A DNA stretch of 64,000 bases. It comes from Eledone cirrhosa (lineage: Eukaryota). The notes below the pieces were generated by a model. That model saw only the letters and a list, made by a program, of their open reading frames with translations. It was not told the DNA's origin and did no database searches. Each line of letters starts with the position of its first letter. The first letter of the stretch is position 1. The position numbers were made by a program, and so were the translations under genes. The stretch lies in assembly GCA_964016885.1 (NCBI GenBank), contig OZ024742.1:166222001-166286000 (forward strand), in the 5' to 3' direction. Of the stretch, positions 1 to 10,635 are shown piece by piece.

Positions 1-62
1 AAAAAATCAGGGGGAGATAATTTGTAAAAAAAAAATCAGGGGGAGATAATTTGTAAAAAAAA

Positions 63-3000
63 TCAGGGGTAGATAATTTGTAAAAAAAAATCAGGGGGAG
101 ATAATTTGTAAAAAAAAATCAGGGGGAGATAATTTCTAAAAAAATCAAGGGGAGATAATATGCAGCCGTCCAAGGGGAGATAATTTTCAGCCGTCCAAGG
201 AGAGGTAATTTCTAGCCGTCCAAGGGGAGATAATTTCCAGCCGTCCAAGGGGAGATAATTTCCAGCCGTCCAAGGGGAGATAGTTTTTTTAAAAAAATCA
301 GGCGGAGATAATTTGTAAAAAAAAAATCAGGGGGAGATAATTTGTAAAAAAAAATCAGGGGGAGATAATTTGTAAAAAAAAATCAGGGGGAGATAATTTG
401 TAAAAAAAATCAGGGGGAGATAATTAGTAAAAAAAATCAAGGGGAGATAATTTCCAGCCGTCCAAGGGGAGGTAATATCTAGCCGTCCAAGGGGAGATAA
501 TTTCCAGCCGTCCAAGGGGAGATAATTTCCAGCCGTCCAAGGGTAGATAATATCCAGCCGTCCAAGTAGACATATTTTCCAGCCGTCCAAGGAGAGGTAA
601 TTTCTAGCCGTCCAAGGGGAGATAAATTCCAGCCTCCAAGGGGAGATAATTTCCAGCCAGCCAAGGGGAGATAATTTGTAAAAAAATCAGGGGGAGATAA
701 TTTGTAAAAAAAATCAGGGGGAGATAATTTGTAAAAAAAAATCAGGGGGAGATAATTTGTAAAAAAAAATCAGGGGGAGATAATTTGTAAAAAAAATCAA
801 GGGGAGATAATTTGTAAAAAAAAATCAGGGGGAGATAATTTGTAAAAAAAAATCAGGGGGAGATAATTTGTAAAAAAAAATCAGGGGGAGATAATTTGTA
901 AAAAAAATCAAGGGGAGATAATTTCCAGCCGTCCAAGGAGAGATAATTTTAAAAAAAAATCAGGCGGAGATAATTTGTAAAAAAAAATCAGGGGGAGATA
1001 ATTTGTAAAAAAAAATCAGGGGGAGATAATTTGTAAAAAAAATCAAGGGGAGATAATTTCCAGCCGTCCAAGGGGAGATAATTTCCAGCCGTCCAAGGGG
1101 AGATAATTTTTTTAAAAAAATCAGGCGGAGATAATTTGTAAAAAAAATCAGGGGGAGATAATTTGTAAAAAAAAATCAGGGGGAGATAATTTGTAAAAAA
1201 AAATCAGGGGGAGATAATTTCCAGCCGTCCAAGGTAAGATAATTTCCAGCCCTCCAAGGGGCTATAATTTCCAGCCGTCCAAGGGTAGATAATATCCAGC
1301 CGTCCAAGTAGACATATTTTCCAGCCGTCCAAGGAGAGGTAATTTCTAGCCGTCCAAGGGGAGATAAATTCCAGCCTCCAAGGGGAGATAATTTCCAGCC
1401 AGCCAAAGGGAGATAATTTGTAAAAAAATCAGGGGGAGATAATTTGTAAAAAAAATCAGGGGGAGATAATTTGTAAAAAAAAATCAGGGGGAGATAATTT
1501 GTAAAAAAAAATCAGGGGGAGATAATTTGTAAAAAAAAATCAGGGGGAGATAATTTGTAAAAAAAATCAAGGGGAGATAATTTCCAGCCGTCCAAGGGGA
1601 GATAATTTTCAGCCGTCCAAGGGGAGATAATTTCCAGCCGTCCAAGGGGAGATAATTTCCATCCTTCCAAGGGGAGATAATTTCCAGCCGTCCAAGGGGA
1701 GATAATTTTCAGCCGTCCAAGGGGAGATAATTTCCCGCCAGCCAAGGGAAGATAATATTTTAAAAAATCAGGCGGAGATAATTTGTAAAAAAAATCAGGG
1801 GGAGATAATTTGTAAAAAAAAAATCAGGGGGAGATAATTTGTAAAAAAAATCAGGGGGAGATAATTTGTAAAAAAAAATCAGGGGTAGATAATTTGTAAA
1901 AAAAAATCAGGGGGAGATAATTTGTAAAAAAAATCAGGGGGAGATAATTTGTAAAAAAAATCAGGGGGAGATAATTTGTAAAAAAAATCAGGGGGAGATA
2001 ATTTGTAAAAAAAAATCAGGGGTAGATAATTTGTAAAAAAAAATCAGGGGGAGATAATTTGTAAAAAAAAATCAGGGGGAGATAATTTGTAAAAAAAATC
2101 AGGGGGAGATAATTTGTAAAAAAAAATCAGGGGGAGATAATTTCCGGCCGTCCAAGGGGAGATAATTTTCAGCCGTCCAAGGGGAGATAATTTCCCGCCA
2201 GCCAAGGGAAGATAATATTTAAAAAAATCAGGCGGAGATAATTTGTAAAAAAAATCAGGGGGAGATAATTTGTAAAAAAATCAGGGGGAGATAATTTGTA
2301 AAAAAAATCAAGGGGAGATAATTTCCAGCCGTCCAAGGGGAGGTAATATCTAGCCGTCCAAGGGGAGATAATTTCCAGCCGTCCAAGAGGAGATAATTTC
2401 CAGCCGTCCAAGGGTAGATAATATCCAGCCGTCCAAGGAGACATATTTTCCAGCCGTCCAAGGAGAGGTAATTTCTAGCCGTCCAAGGGGAGATAAATTC
2501 CAGCCTCCAAGGGGAGATAATTTCCAGCCAGCCAAGGGGAGATAATTTGTAAAAAAAATCAGGGGGAGATAATTTGTAAAAAAAATCAGGGGGAGATAAT
2601 TTGTAAAAAAATCAGGGGGAGATAATTTGTAAAAAAAAAATCAGGGGGAGATAATTTGTAAAAAAAATCAGGGGGAGATGATTTGTAAAAAAAAATCAGG
2701 GGTAGATAATTTGTAAAAAAAAATCAGGGGGTGATAATTTGTAAAAAAAAATCAGGGGGAGATAATTTGTAAAAAAAATCAAGGGGAGATAATTTCCAGC
2801 CGTCGAAGGGAAGATAATTTCCAGCCCTCCAAGGGGCTATAATTTCCAGCGTCCAAGGGGAGATAATTTCCAGCCGTCCAAGGGGAGATAATTTCCAGCC
2901 GTCCAAGGGTAGATAATATCCAGCCGTCCAAGTAGACATTTTCCAGCCGTCCAAGGAGAGGTAATTTCTAGCCGTCCAAGGGGAGATAAATTCCAGCCTC

Positions 3001-4354
3001 CAAGGGGAGATAATTTCCAGCCAGCCAAGGGGAGATAATTTGTAAAAAAATCAGGGGGAGATAATTTGTAAAAAAAATCAGGGGGAGATAATTTGTAAAA
3101 AAAAATCAGGGGGAGATAATTTGTAAAAAAAATCAGGGGGAGATAATTTGTAAAAAAAATCAGGGGGAGATAATTTGTAAAAAAAATCAAGGGGAGATAA
3201 TTTCCAGCCGTCCAAGGGGAGATAATTTTCAGCCGTCCAAGGGGAGATAATTTCCAGCCGTCCAAGGGGAGATAATTTCCATCCTTCCAAGGGGAGATAA
3301 TTTCCAGCCGTCCAAGGGGAGATAATTTTCAGCCGTCCAAGGGGAGATAATTTCCCGCCAGCCAAGGGAAGATAATATTTTAAAAAATCAGGCGGAGATA
3401 ATTTGTAAAAAAAATCAGGGGGAGATAATTTGTAAAAAAATCAGGGGGAGATAATTTGTAAAAAAAAAATCAGGGGGAGATAATTTGTAAAAAAAATCAG
3501 TGGGAGATAATTTGTAAAAAAAAATCAGGGGTAGATAATTTTTAAAAAAAAATCAGGGGGAGATAATTTGTAAAAAAAAAATCAGGGGGAGATAATTTGT
3601 AAAAAAAATCAAGGGGAGATAATTTCCAGCCGTCCAAGGAGAGATAATTTTTAAAAAAAATCAGGCGGAGATAATTTGTAAAAAAAAATCAAGGGGAGAT
3701 AATTTGTAAAAAAAAATCAAGGGGAGATAATTTGTAAAAAAAATCAAGGGGAGATAATTTCCAGCCGTCCAAGGGAAGATAATTTCCAGCACTCCAAGGG
3801 GCTATAATTTCCAGTGTCCAAGGGGAGATAATTTCCAGCCAGCGAAGGGGAGATAATTTTTTTAAAAAAATCAGGGGGAGATATGTAAAAAAAATCAGAG
3901 GGAGATAATTTCTAAAAAAAATCAAAGGGAGATAATTTCCAGCCGTCCAAAGAGAGATAATTTCTAGCCGTCCAAGGGGAGATAATTTCCAGCCAAGGGG
4001 AGATAATTTCCAGCCGTCCAAGGGGAGATAATTATTTAAAAAATCAGGTGGAGATAATTTGTAAAAAAAATCAGGGGGAGATAATTTGTAAAAACAAAAT
4101 CAAGGGCAGATAATTTCCAGCTGTCCAAGGGGAGATAATTTCCAGCCGTGCAAGGGGAGATAATTTCCAGCCGTCCAAGGGGAGATAATTTCCATCCTTC
4201 CAAGGGGAGATAATGTCCAGCCGTCCAAGGGGAGATAATTTCCCGCCAGCCAAGGTAAGATAATTTTTAAAAAAATCAGGCGGAGATTGTAAAAAAAATC
4301 AGGGGGAGATAATTTGTAAAAAAAAAATCAGGGGGAGATAATTTGTAAAAAAAA
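63..4354 (+). repeat. HOR family I unit (~4.29 kb)
   Basis: The marker block containing GATAATATGCAGCC starts at 63 and recurs at 4355 (4292 bp). The order of variant monomers (ATTAGT, GGTAAGAT, CCGGCCG, GGGTGAT, GTCGAAGG, GCACTCC, ATGTCC) matches the units at 22277, 26572 and 52290. Confidence 0.88.
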
Positions 4355-6305
4355 TCAGGGGTAGATAATTTGTAAAAAAAAATCAGGGGGAGATAATTTG
4401 TAAAAAAAAATCAGGGGGAGATAATTTCTAAAAAAATCAAGGGGAGATAATATGCAGCCGTCCAAGGGGAGATAATTTTCAGCCGTCCAAGGAGAGGTAA
4501 TTTCTAGCCGTCCAAGGGGAGATAATTTCCAGCCGTCCAAGGGGAGATAATTTCCAGCCGTCCAAGGGGAGATAGTTTTTTTAAAAAAATCAGGCGGAGA
4601 TAATTTGTAAAAAAAAAATCAGGGGGAGATGATTTGTAAAAAAAAATCAGGGGTAGATAATTTGTAAAAAAAAATCAGGGGGTGATAATTTGTAAAAAAA
4701 AATCAGGGGGAGATAATTTGTAAAAAAAATCAAGGGGAGATAATTTCCAGCCGTCGAAGGGAAGATAATTTCCAGCCCTCCAAGGGGCTATAATTTCCAG
4801 CGTCCAAGGGGAGATAATTTCCAGCCGTCCAAGGGGAGATAATTTCCAGCCGTCCAAGGGTAGATAATATCCAGCCGTCCAAGTAGACATTTTCCAGCCG
4901 TCCAAGGAGAGGTAATTTCTAGCCGTCCAAGGGGAGATAAATTCCAGCCTCCAAGGGGAGATAATTTCCAGCCAGCCAAGGGGAGATAATTTGTAAAAAA
5001 ATCAGGGGGAGATAATTTGTAAAAAAAATCAGGGGGAGATAATTTGTAAAAAAAAATCAGGGGGAGATAATTTGTAAAAAAAATCAGGGGGAGATAATTT
5101 GTAAAAAAAATCAGGGGGAGATAATTTGTAAAAAAAATCAAGGGGAGATAATTTCCAGCCGTCCAAGGGGAGATAATTTTCAGCCGTCCAAGGGGAGATA
5201 ATTTCCAGCCGTCCAAGGGGAGATAATTTCCATCCTTCCAAGGGGAGATAATTTCCAGCCGTCCAAGGGGAGATAATTTTCAGCCGTCCAAGGGGAGATA
5301 ATTTCCCGCCAGCCAAGGGAAGATAATATTTTAAAAAATCAGGCGGAGATAATTTGTAAAAAAAATCAGGGGGAGATAATTTGTAAAAAAATCAGGGGGA
5401 GATAATTTGTAAAAAAAAAATCAGGGGGAGATAATTTGTAAAAAAAATCAGGGGGAGATAATTTGTAAAAAAAAATCAGGGGTAGATAATTTGTAAAAAA
5501 AAATCAGGGGGAGATAATTTGTAAAAAAAAAATCAGGGGGAGATAATTTGTAAAAAAAATCAAGGGGAGATAATTTCCAGCCGTCCAAGGAGAGATAATT
5601 TTTAAAAAAAATCAGGCGGAGATAATTTGTAAAAAAAAATCAAGGGGAGATAATTTGTAAAAAAAAATCAAGGGGAGATAATTTGTAAAAAAAATCAAGG
5701 GGAGATAATTTCCAGCCGTCCAAGGGAAGATAATTTCCAGCACTCCAAGGGGCTATAATTTCCAGTGTCCAAGGGGAGATAATTTCCAGCCAGCGAAGGG
5801 GAGATAATTTTTTTAAAAAAATCAGGGGGAGATATGTAAAAAAAATCAGAGGGAGATAATTTCTAAAAAAAATCAAAGGGAGATAATTTCCAGCCGTCCA
5901 AAGAGAGATAATTTCTAGCCGTCCAAGGGGAGATAATTTCCAGCCAAGGGGAGATAATTTCCAGCCGTCCAAGGGGAGATAATTATTTAAAAAATCAGGT
6001 GGAGATAATTTGTAAAAAAAATCAGGGGGAGATAATTTGTAAAAACAAAATCAAGGGCAGATAATTTCCAGCTGTCCAAGGGGAGATAATTTCCAGCCGT
6101 GCAAGGGGAGATAATTTCCAGCCGTCCAAGGGGAGATAATTTCCATCCTTCCAAGGGGAGATAATGTCCAGCCGTCCAAGGGGAGATAATTTCCCGCCAG
6201 CCAAGGGAAGATAATTTTTAAAAAAATCAGGCGGAGATTGTAAAAAAAATCAGGGGGAGATAATTTGTAAAAAAAAAATCAGGGGGAGATAATTTGTAAA
6301 AAAAA
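4355..6305 (+). repeat. Truncated HOR family I unit (1951 bp)
   Basis: Markers at 2724/2837/3078/3689/4071/4355 recur at 4675/4788/5029/5640/6022/6306, a constant offset of 1951. Junction near 4620. Confidence 0.88.
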
Positions 6306-9300
6306 TCAGGGGTAGATAATTTGTAAAAAAAAATCAGGGGGAGATAATTTGTAAAAAAAAATCAGGGGGAGATAATTTCTAAAAAAATCAAGGGGAGATA
6401 ATATGCAGCCGTCCAAGGGGAGATAATTTTCAGCCGTCCAAGGAGAGGTAATTTCTAGCCGTCCAAGGGGAGATAATTTCCAGCCGTCCAAGGGGAGATA
6501 ATTTCCAGCCGTCCAAGGGGAGATAGTTTTTTTAAAAAAATCAGGCGGAGATAATTTGTAAAAAAAAAATCAGGGGGAGATAATTTGTAAAAAAAAATCA
6601 GGGGGAGATAATTTGTAAAAAAAATCAGGGGGAGATAATTAGTAAAAAAAATCAAGGGGAGATAATTTCCAGCCGTCCAAGGGGAGGTAATATCTAGCCG
6701 TCCAAGGGGAGATAATTTCCAGCCGTCCAAGGGGAGATAATTTCCAGCCGTCCAAGGGTAGATAATATCCAGCCGTCCAAGTAGACATATTTTCCAGCCG
6801 TCCAAGGAGAGGTAATTTCTAGCCGTCCAAGGGGAGATAAATTCCAGCCTCCAAGGGGAGATAATTTCCAGCCAGCCAAGGGGAGATAATTTGTAAAAAA
6901 ATCAGGGGGAGATAATTTGTAAAAAAAATCAGGGGGAGATAATTTGTAAAAAAAAATCAGGGGGAGATAATTTGTAAAAAAAAATCAGGGGGAGATAATT
7001 TGTAAAAAAAATCAGGGGGAGATAATTTGTAAAAAAAAATCAGGGGGAGATAATTTGTAAAAAAAAATCAGGGGGAGATAATTTGTAAAAAAAAATCAGG
7101 GGGAGATAATTTGTAAAAAAAATCAGGGGGAGATAATTTGTAAAAACAAATCAAGGGGAGATAATTTCCAGCCGTCCAAGGGGAGATAATTTTCAGCCGC
7201 CCAAGGGGAGATAATTTCCCGCCAGCCAAGGGAAGATAATATTTAAAAAATCAGGCGGAGATAATTTGTAAAAAAAATCAGGGGGAGATAATTTGTAAAA
7301 AAATCAGGGGGAGATAATTTGTAAAAAAAAAATCAGGGGGAGATAATTTGTAAAAAAAATCAGGGGGAGATGATTTGTAAAAAAAATCAGGCGTAGATAA
7401 TTTGTAAAAAAAAATCAGGGGGAGATAATTTGTAAAAAAAAATCAGGGGGAGATAATTTGTAAAAAAAATCAAGAGGAGATAATTTCCAGCCGTCCAAGG
7501 GGAGATAATTTTCAGCCGTCCAAGGGGAGATAATTTCCAGCCGTCCAAGGGGAGATAATTTCCATCCTTCCAAGGGGAGATAATTTCCAGCCGTCCAAGG
7601 GGAGATAATTTCCCGCCAACCAAGGGAAGATAATTTTTAAAAAAATCAGGCGGAGATTGTAAAAAAAATCAGGGGGAGATAATTTGTAAAAAAATCAGGG
7701 GGAGATAATTTGTAAAAAAAAAATCAGGGGGAGATAATTTGTAAAAAAAATCAGGGGGAGATAATTTGTAAAAAAAAATCAAGGGGAGATAATTTGTACA
7801 AAAAATCAGGGGTATATAATTTGTAAAAAAAAATCAGGGGGAGATAATTTGTAAAAAAAAATCAGGGGGAGATAATTTGTAAAAAAAATCAAGGGGAGAT
7901 AATTTGCAGCCGTCCAAGGGGAGATAATTTTCAGCCGTCCAAGGAGAGGTAATTTCTAGCCGTCCAAGGTGAGATAATATCCAGCCGTCCAAGGGGAGAT
8001 AATTTCCAGCCGTCCAAGGGGAGATAATTTTAAAAAAAAAACAGGCGAAGATAATTTGTAAAAAAAAAATCAGGGGGAGATAATTTGTAAAAAAAAATCA
8101 GGGGGAGATAATTTGTAAAAAAAATCAGGGGGAGGTAATTTGTAAAAAAAATCAAGGGGAGATAATTTCCAGCCGTCCAAGGGAAGATAATTTCCAGCCC
8201 TCCAAGGGGCTATAATTTCCAGCGTCCAAGGGGAGATAATTTCCAGCCAGCGAAGGGGAGATAATTTTTTTTTTTTTAAATCAGGGGGACATAATTTGTA
8301 AAAAAAAATCAGGGGGAGATAATTTGTAAAAAAAATCAAGGGGAGATAATTTGTAAAAAAAAATCAGGGGGAGATAATTTGTAAAAAAAAATCAGGGGGA
8401 GATAATTTGTAAAAAAAATTAAGGGGAGATAATTTGTAAAAAAAAATCAAGGGGAGATAATTTCCAGCCGTCCAAGGAGAGGTAATTTCTAGACGTCCAA
8501 GGGGAGATAATTTCCAGCCGTCCAAGGGGAGATAATTTCCAGCCGTCCAAGGGTAGATAATATCCAGCCGTCCAAGGAGACATATTTTCCAGCTTTCCAA
8601 GGAGAGGTAATTTCTAGCCGTCCAAGGGGAGATAAATTCCAGCCTCCAAGGGGAGATAATTTCCAGCCAGCCAAGGGGAGATAATTTGTAAAAAAAATCA
8701 GGGGGAGATAATTTGTAAAAAAAATCAGGGGGAGATAATTTGTAAAAAAAATCAGGGGGAGATAATTTCCAGCCGTCCAAGGGGAGATAATTTTCAGCCG
8801 TCCAAGGGGAGATAATTTCCCGCCAGCCAAGGGAAGATAATATTTAAAAAATGAGGCGGAGATAATTTGTAAAAAAATCAGGGGGAGATAATTTGTAAAA
8901 AAAAAATCAGGGGGAGATAATTTGTAAAAAAAATCAGGGGGAGATAATTTGTAAAAAAAAATCAGGGGTAGATAATTTGTAAAAAAAAATCAGGGGGAGA
9001 TAATTTGTAAAAAAAATCAGGGGGAGATAATTTATAAAAAAAATCAAGGGGAGATAATTTCCAGCCGTCCAAGGGAAGATAATTTCAAGCCCTCCAAGGG
9101 GCTATAATTTCCAGTGTCCAAGGGGAGATAATTTCCAGCCAGCGAAGGGGAGATAATTTTTTTTTAAAAATCAGGGGGAGATTTGTAAAAAAAATCAGGG
9201 GGAGATAATTTGTAAAAAAAATCAAAGGGAGATAATTTCCAGCCGTCCAAAGAGATAATTTCTAGCCGTCCAAGGGGAGATAATTTCGAGCCAAGGGGAG

Positions 9301-10635
9301 ATAATTTCCAGCCGTCCAAGGGGAGATAATTTTTTAAAAAATCAGGTGGAGATAATTTGTAAAAAAAATCAGGGGGAGATAATTTGTAAAAACAAAATCA
9401 AGGGGAGATAATTTCCAGCTGTCCAAGGGGAGATAATTTCCAGCCGTGCAAGGGGAGATAATTTCCAGCCGTCCAAGGGGAGATAATTTCCATCCTTCCA
9501 AGGGGAGATAATTTCCAGCCGTCCAAGGGGAGATAATTTCCCGCCAGCCAAGGGAAGATAATTTTTTAAAAAATCAGGCGGAGATTGTAAAAAAAATCAG
9601 GGGGAGATAATTTGTAAAAAATCAGGGGGAGATAATTTGTAAAAAAATCAAGGGGAGATAATTTCCAGCTGTCCAAGGGGAGGTAATATCTAGCCGTCCA
9701 AGGGGAGATAATTTCCAGCCGTCCAAGGGGAGATAATTTCCAGCCGTCCAAGGGTAGATAATATCCAGCCGTCCAAGGAGACATATTTTCCAGCCGTCCA
9801 AGGAGAGGTAATTTCTAGCCGTCCAAGTGGAGATAAATTCCAGCCTCCAAGGGGAGATAATTTCCAGCCAGCCAAGGGGAGATAATTTGTAAAAAAATCA
9901 GGGGGAGATAATTTGTAAAAAAAATCAGGGGGAGATAATTTGTAAAAAAAAATCAGGGGGAGATAATTTGTAAAAAAAATCAGGGGGAGATAATTTGTAA
10001 AAAAAATCAAGGGGAGATAATTTCCAGCCGTCCAAGGGGAGATAATTTTCAGCCGTCCAAGGGGAGATAATTTCCCGCCAGCCAAGGGAAGATAATATTT
10101 AAAAAATGAGGCGGAGATAATTTGTAAAAAAAAATCAGGGGTAGATAATTTGTAAAAAAAATCAGGGGGAGATAATTTGTAAAAAAAATCAAGGGGAGAT
10201 AATTTCCAGCCGTCCAAGGAGAGATAATTTTTAAAAAAAATCAGGCGGAGATAATTTGTAAAAAAAAAATCAGGGGGAGATAATTTGTAAAAAAAAATCA
10301 GGGGGAGATAATTTGTAAAAAAAATCAAGGGGAGATAATTTCCAGCCGTCCAAGGGGAGATAATTTTCAGCCGTCCAAGGGGAGATAATTTCCAGCCGTC
10401 CAAGGGGAGATAATTTAAAAAAAAAATCAGGCGGAGATAATTTGTAAAAAAAATCAAGGGGAGATAATTTGCAACCGTCCAAGGGGACATAATTTTCAGT
10501 CGTCCAAGGAGAGGTAATTTCTAGCCGTACAAGGGGAGATAATTTCCAGCCGTCCAAGGGGAGATAATTTCCAGCCGTCCAAGGGGAGATAATTTTTTTT
10601 TAAAAATCAGGCGGAGATAATTTGTAAAAAAAAAA
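6306..10635 (+). repeat. HOR family II unit (~4.33 kb)
   Basis: Carries variants absent from family I: CCGCCAACC, TGTACAAAA, GGGTATAT, ACAGGCGAAG, T13-AAA, CTAGACGTCC, CAGCTTTCC, ATGAGGCGG, TTTCGAGCC, GCAACCGT, CCGTACAA. Confidence 0.85.

Noticed and set aside
236-262. NF-kB/Rel site in GGGGAGATAATTTCC, or a Shine-Dalgarno GGAG motif
   Set aside because: The spacing between the G and C ends is too long for the 10-11 bp kB consensus, and GGAG has no downstream coding sequence.
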